Source of the DNA: Gammaproteobacteria bacterium
GTDB lineage: Bacteria > Pseudomonadota > Gammaproteobacteria > Magnimaribacterales > AG-339-G14
Assembly (NCBI GenBank): GCA_038141925.1
Contig: JAYQJB010000002.1
Coordinates: forward strand, 377,443 to 441,442
Length of the DNA stretch: 64,000 bases
Reading direction: 5' to 3'
The notes under the pieces: model-generated
The model's input: the letters and a program-made list of their open reading frames with translations, nothing else
Told to the model about the DNA's origin: nothing
The model's database searches: none
Position numbers and translations under genes: made by a program
In this document: in pieces, positions 63,184 through 64,000 of the stretch
How positions within the stretch are numbered: the first letter of the stretch is position 1
How the letters are laid out: the number at the start of each line of letters is the position of its first letter

Positions 63184-63963
63184 TCAACTTTCTATTTTAA
63201 TTTTTACAAAAATAAATAGTTTATAAACTAATCTTATTAGTTCATTTAATATTCTATAGGGCGCCATAATCCAATATCTTTTATAAAAGGAAACTTGAAA
63301 TTTCTTTGCTTGAATATAAGAGTTTCCCAAATGCAATTCTTCCTTAAGATGTACCGGGGACGGAGTAATACATAACGATCTTAGGTTTAAGGCCCAGTCC
63401 CTGTCCATTGCATGATCTATGGGAAGGCTCATTACTCTCATTTTCTCTATAAGGTTTTTAGCAGCAAATCTGTTGATCAGATAACACCCAGTTCCAGATT
63501 TAAATCCAAAATTCAAAGCAATATGGAATTCTTTATGAATTTTCTTTATTTTAACAGGCATACCTTTTTCTTTTGTTCTATCGCTTCCCCCGCTAAGCCT
63601 TAATAAATCAAAATTAATTCCCGAACGTATTGCACAATTGATAATTTCAACTATATCTTCTTCGAACTCAATGTCATCTTCACAAACTAAAGCAAAATCT
63701 TCTTTGGTATCTAAAAATTTTTTTAAAACATTCAGGTGACTAAAATAACAACCTAATTCTCCAAGATTGGTTTTTTTGCCATGCAGCAAGTTATATTTTA
63801 GCTCCGCATAATTGGGATTTGGCAGTGAAAGCTCTTTGCCGTCGACTGCTACCTCAAGCTCAAATTTAATTCCAATCCTATTAAAAGCCTCTTTTGCAGA
63901 CGATAATCTATCTTCTGCTCTTTTTAGATTAATTAAATATGCAATCACAATGAAATTATACAA
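63184..63963 (-). CDS. glycosyltransferase family 25 (LPS/LOS biosynthesis type)
   Basis: 259 aa. YLINLKRAEDRL N-terminus and LGELGCYFSHLNVLKKF...ALVCEDDIEF, typical of GT25. The track start is a TTG abutting the next RNA gene. An internal GTG (MIAYLINL) is a plausible alternative. Confidence 0.65.
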   Translation of the reverse strand: MYNFIVIAYLINLKRAEDRLSSAKEAFNRIGIKFELEVAVDGKELSLPNPNYAELKYNLLHGKKTNLGELGCYFSHLNVLKKFLDTKEDFALVCEDDIEFEEDIVEIINCAIRSGINFDLLRLSGGSDRTKEKGMPVKIKKIHKEFHIALNFGFKSGTGCYLINRFAAKNLIEKMRVMSLPIDHAMDRDWALNLRSLCITPSPVHLKEELHLGNSYIQAKKFQVSFYKRYWIMAPYRILNELIRLVYKLFIFVKIKIES

Positions 63964-64000
63964 TGGTGGAGGCGGCGGGTATCGAACCCGCGTCCATCGA
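63964..64000 (-). ncRNA. ssrA: 3' end of a tRNA-like RNA, best fit tmRNA (ssrA); truncated by the window edge
   Basis: The reverse complement reads ...TCGATGGACGCGGGTTCGATACCCGCCGCCTCCACCA. It has a T arm GCGGG-TTCGATA-CCCGC and an acceptor 3' strand CGCCTCC with U70, A73 and CCA. It closely resembles the conserved tmRNA 3' end GGACGCGGGTTC..CCCGCC..CTCCACCA. An ordinary tRNA cannot be excluded from 37 nt. Confidence 0.5.

Overview
AT-rich, very compact bacterial chromosome segment. The gene order is gammaproteobacterial: fabA-fabB, coaE-yacG, lpxC-secA-argJ, rnr-rlmB, and birA next to a tRNA-tuf cluster. Assigning it to a streamlined marine lineage is inference only.

Layout:
- About 26.3-55.4 kb is one co-directional translation/transcription block: tRNA-Tyr, tRNA-Thr, tuf, tRNA-Trp, secE, nusG, rplKAJL, rpoBC, rpsL-rpsG-fusA, then the S10, spc and alpha operons through rplQ.
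- The right end holds uvrA, ssb, fabBA, rplU-rpmA-obg-proB, rpsT, a GT25 glycosyltransferase and the 3' end of a tmRNA-like gene.
- The left ~13 kb is the accessory part. It holds a sulfatase, a TonB-dependent receptor with His/Glu-rich inserts plus a small His-rich protein, a lipoprotein, an epoxide hydrolase, a desaturase-family protein, a redoxin, a crotonase, a D-aminoacylase-family amidohydrolase and an MFS transporter. Stand-alone tRNA-Ile(GAT) and tRNA-Ala(TGC) are interleaved among them.
- I found no rRNA, CRISPR array, transposase, integrase or recognisable defence system.

Main observations:
1. A 29-nt promoter-plus-perfect-palindrome module occurs twice. Each copy sits directly 3' of one of the stand-alone tRNAs and directly upstream of a hydrolase gene. 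This looks like the operator of an unlinked regulator.
2. A candidate metal-uptake pair: a His/Glu-rich TonB-dependent receptor and a His-rich small protein.
3. At least 20 reading-frame breaks, mostly at homopolymer runs. Five of them are in essential ribosomal-protein genes, which argues for sequencing or assembly error rather than gene decay.
4. The tuf stop codon overlaps the 5' end of tRNA-Trp.

I cannot point to a convincing multi-gene novel system beyond these.
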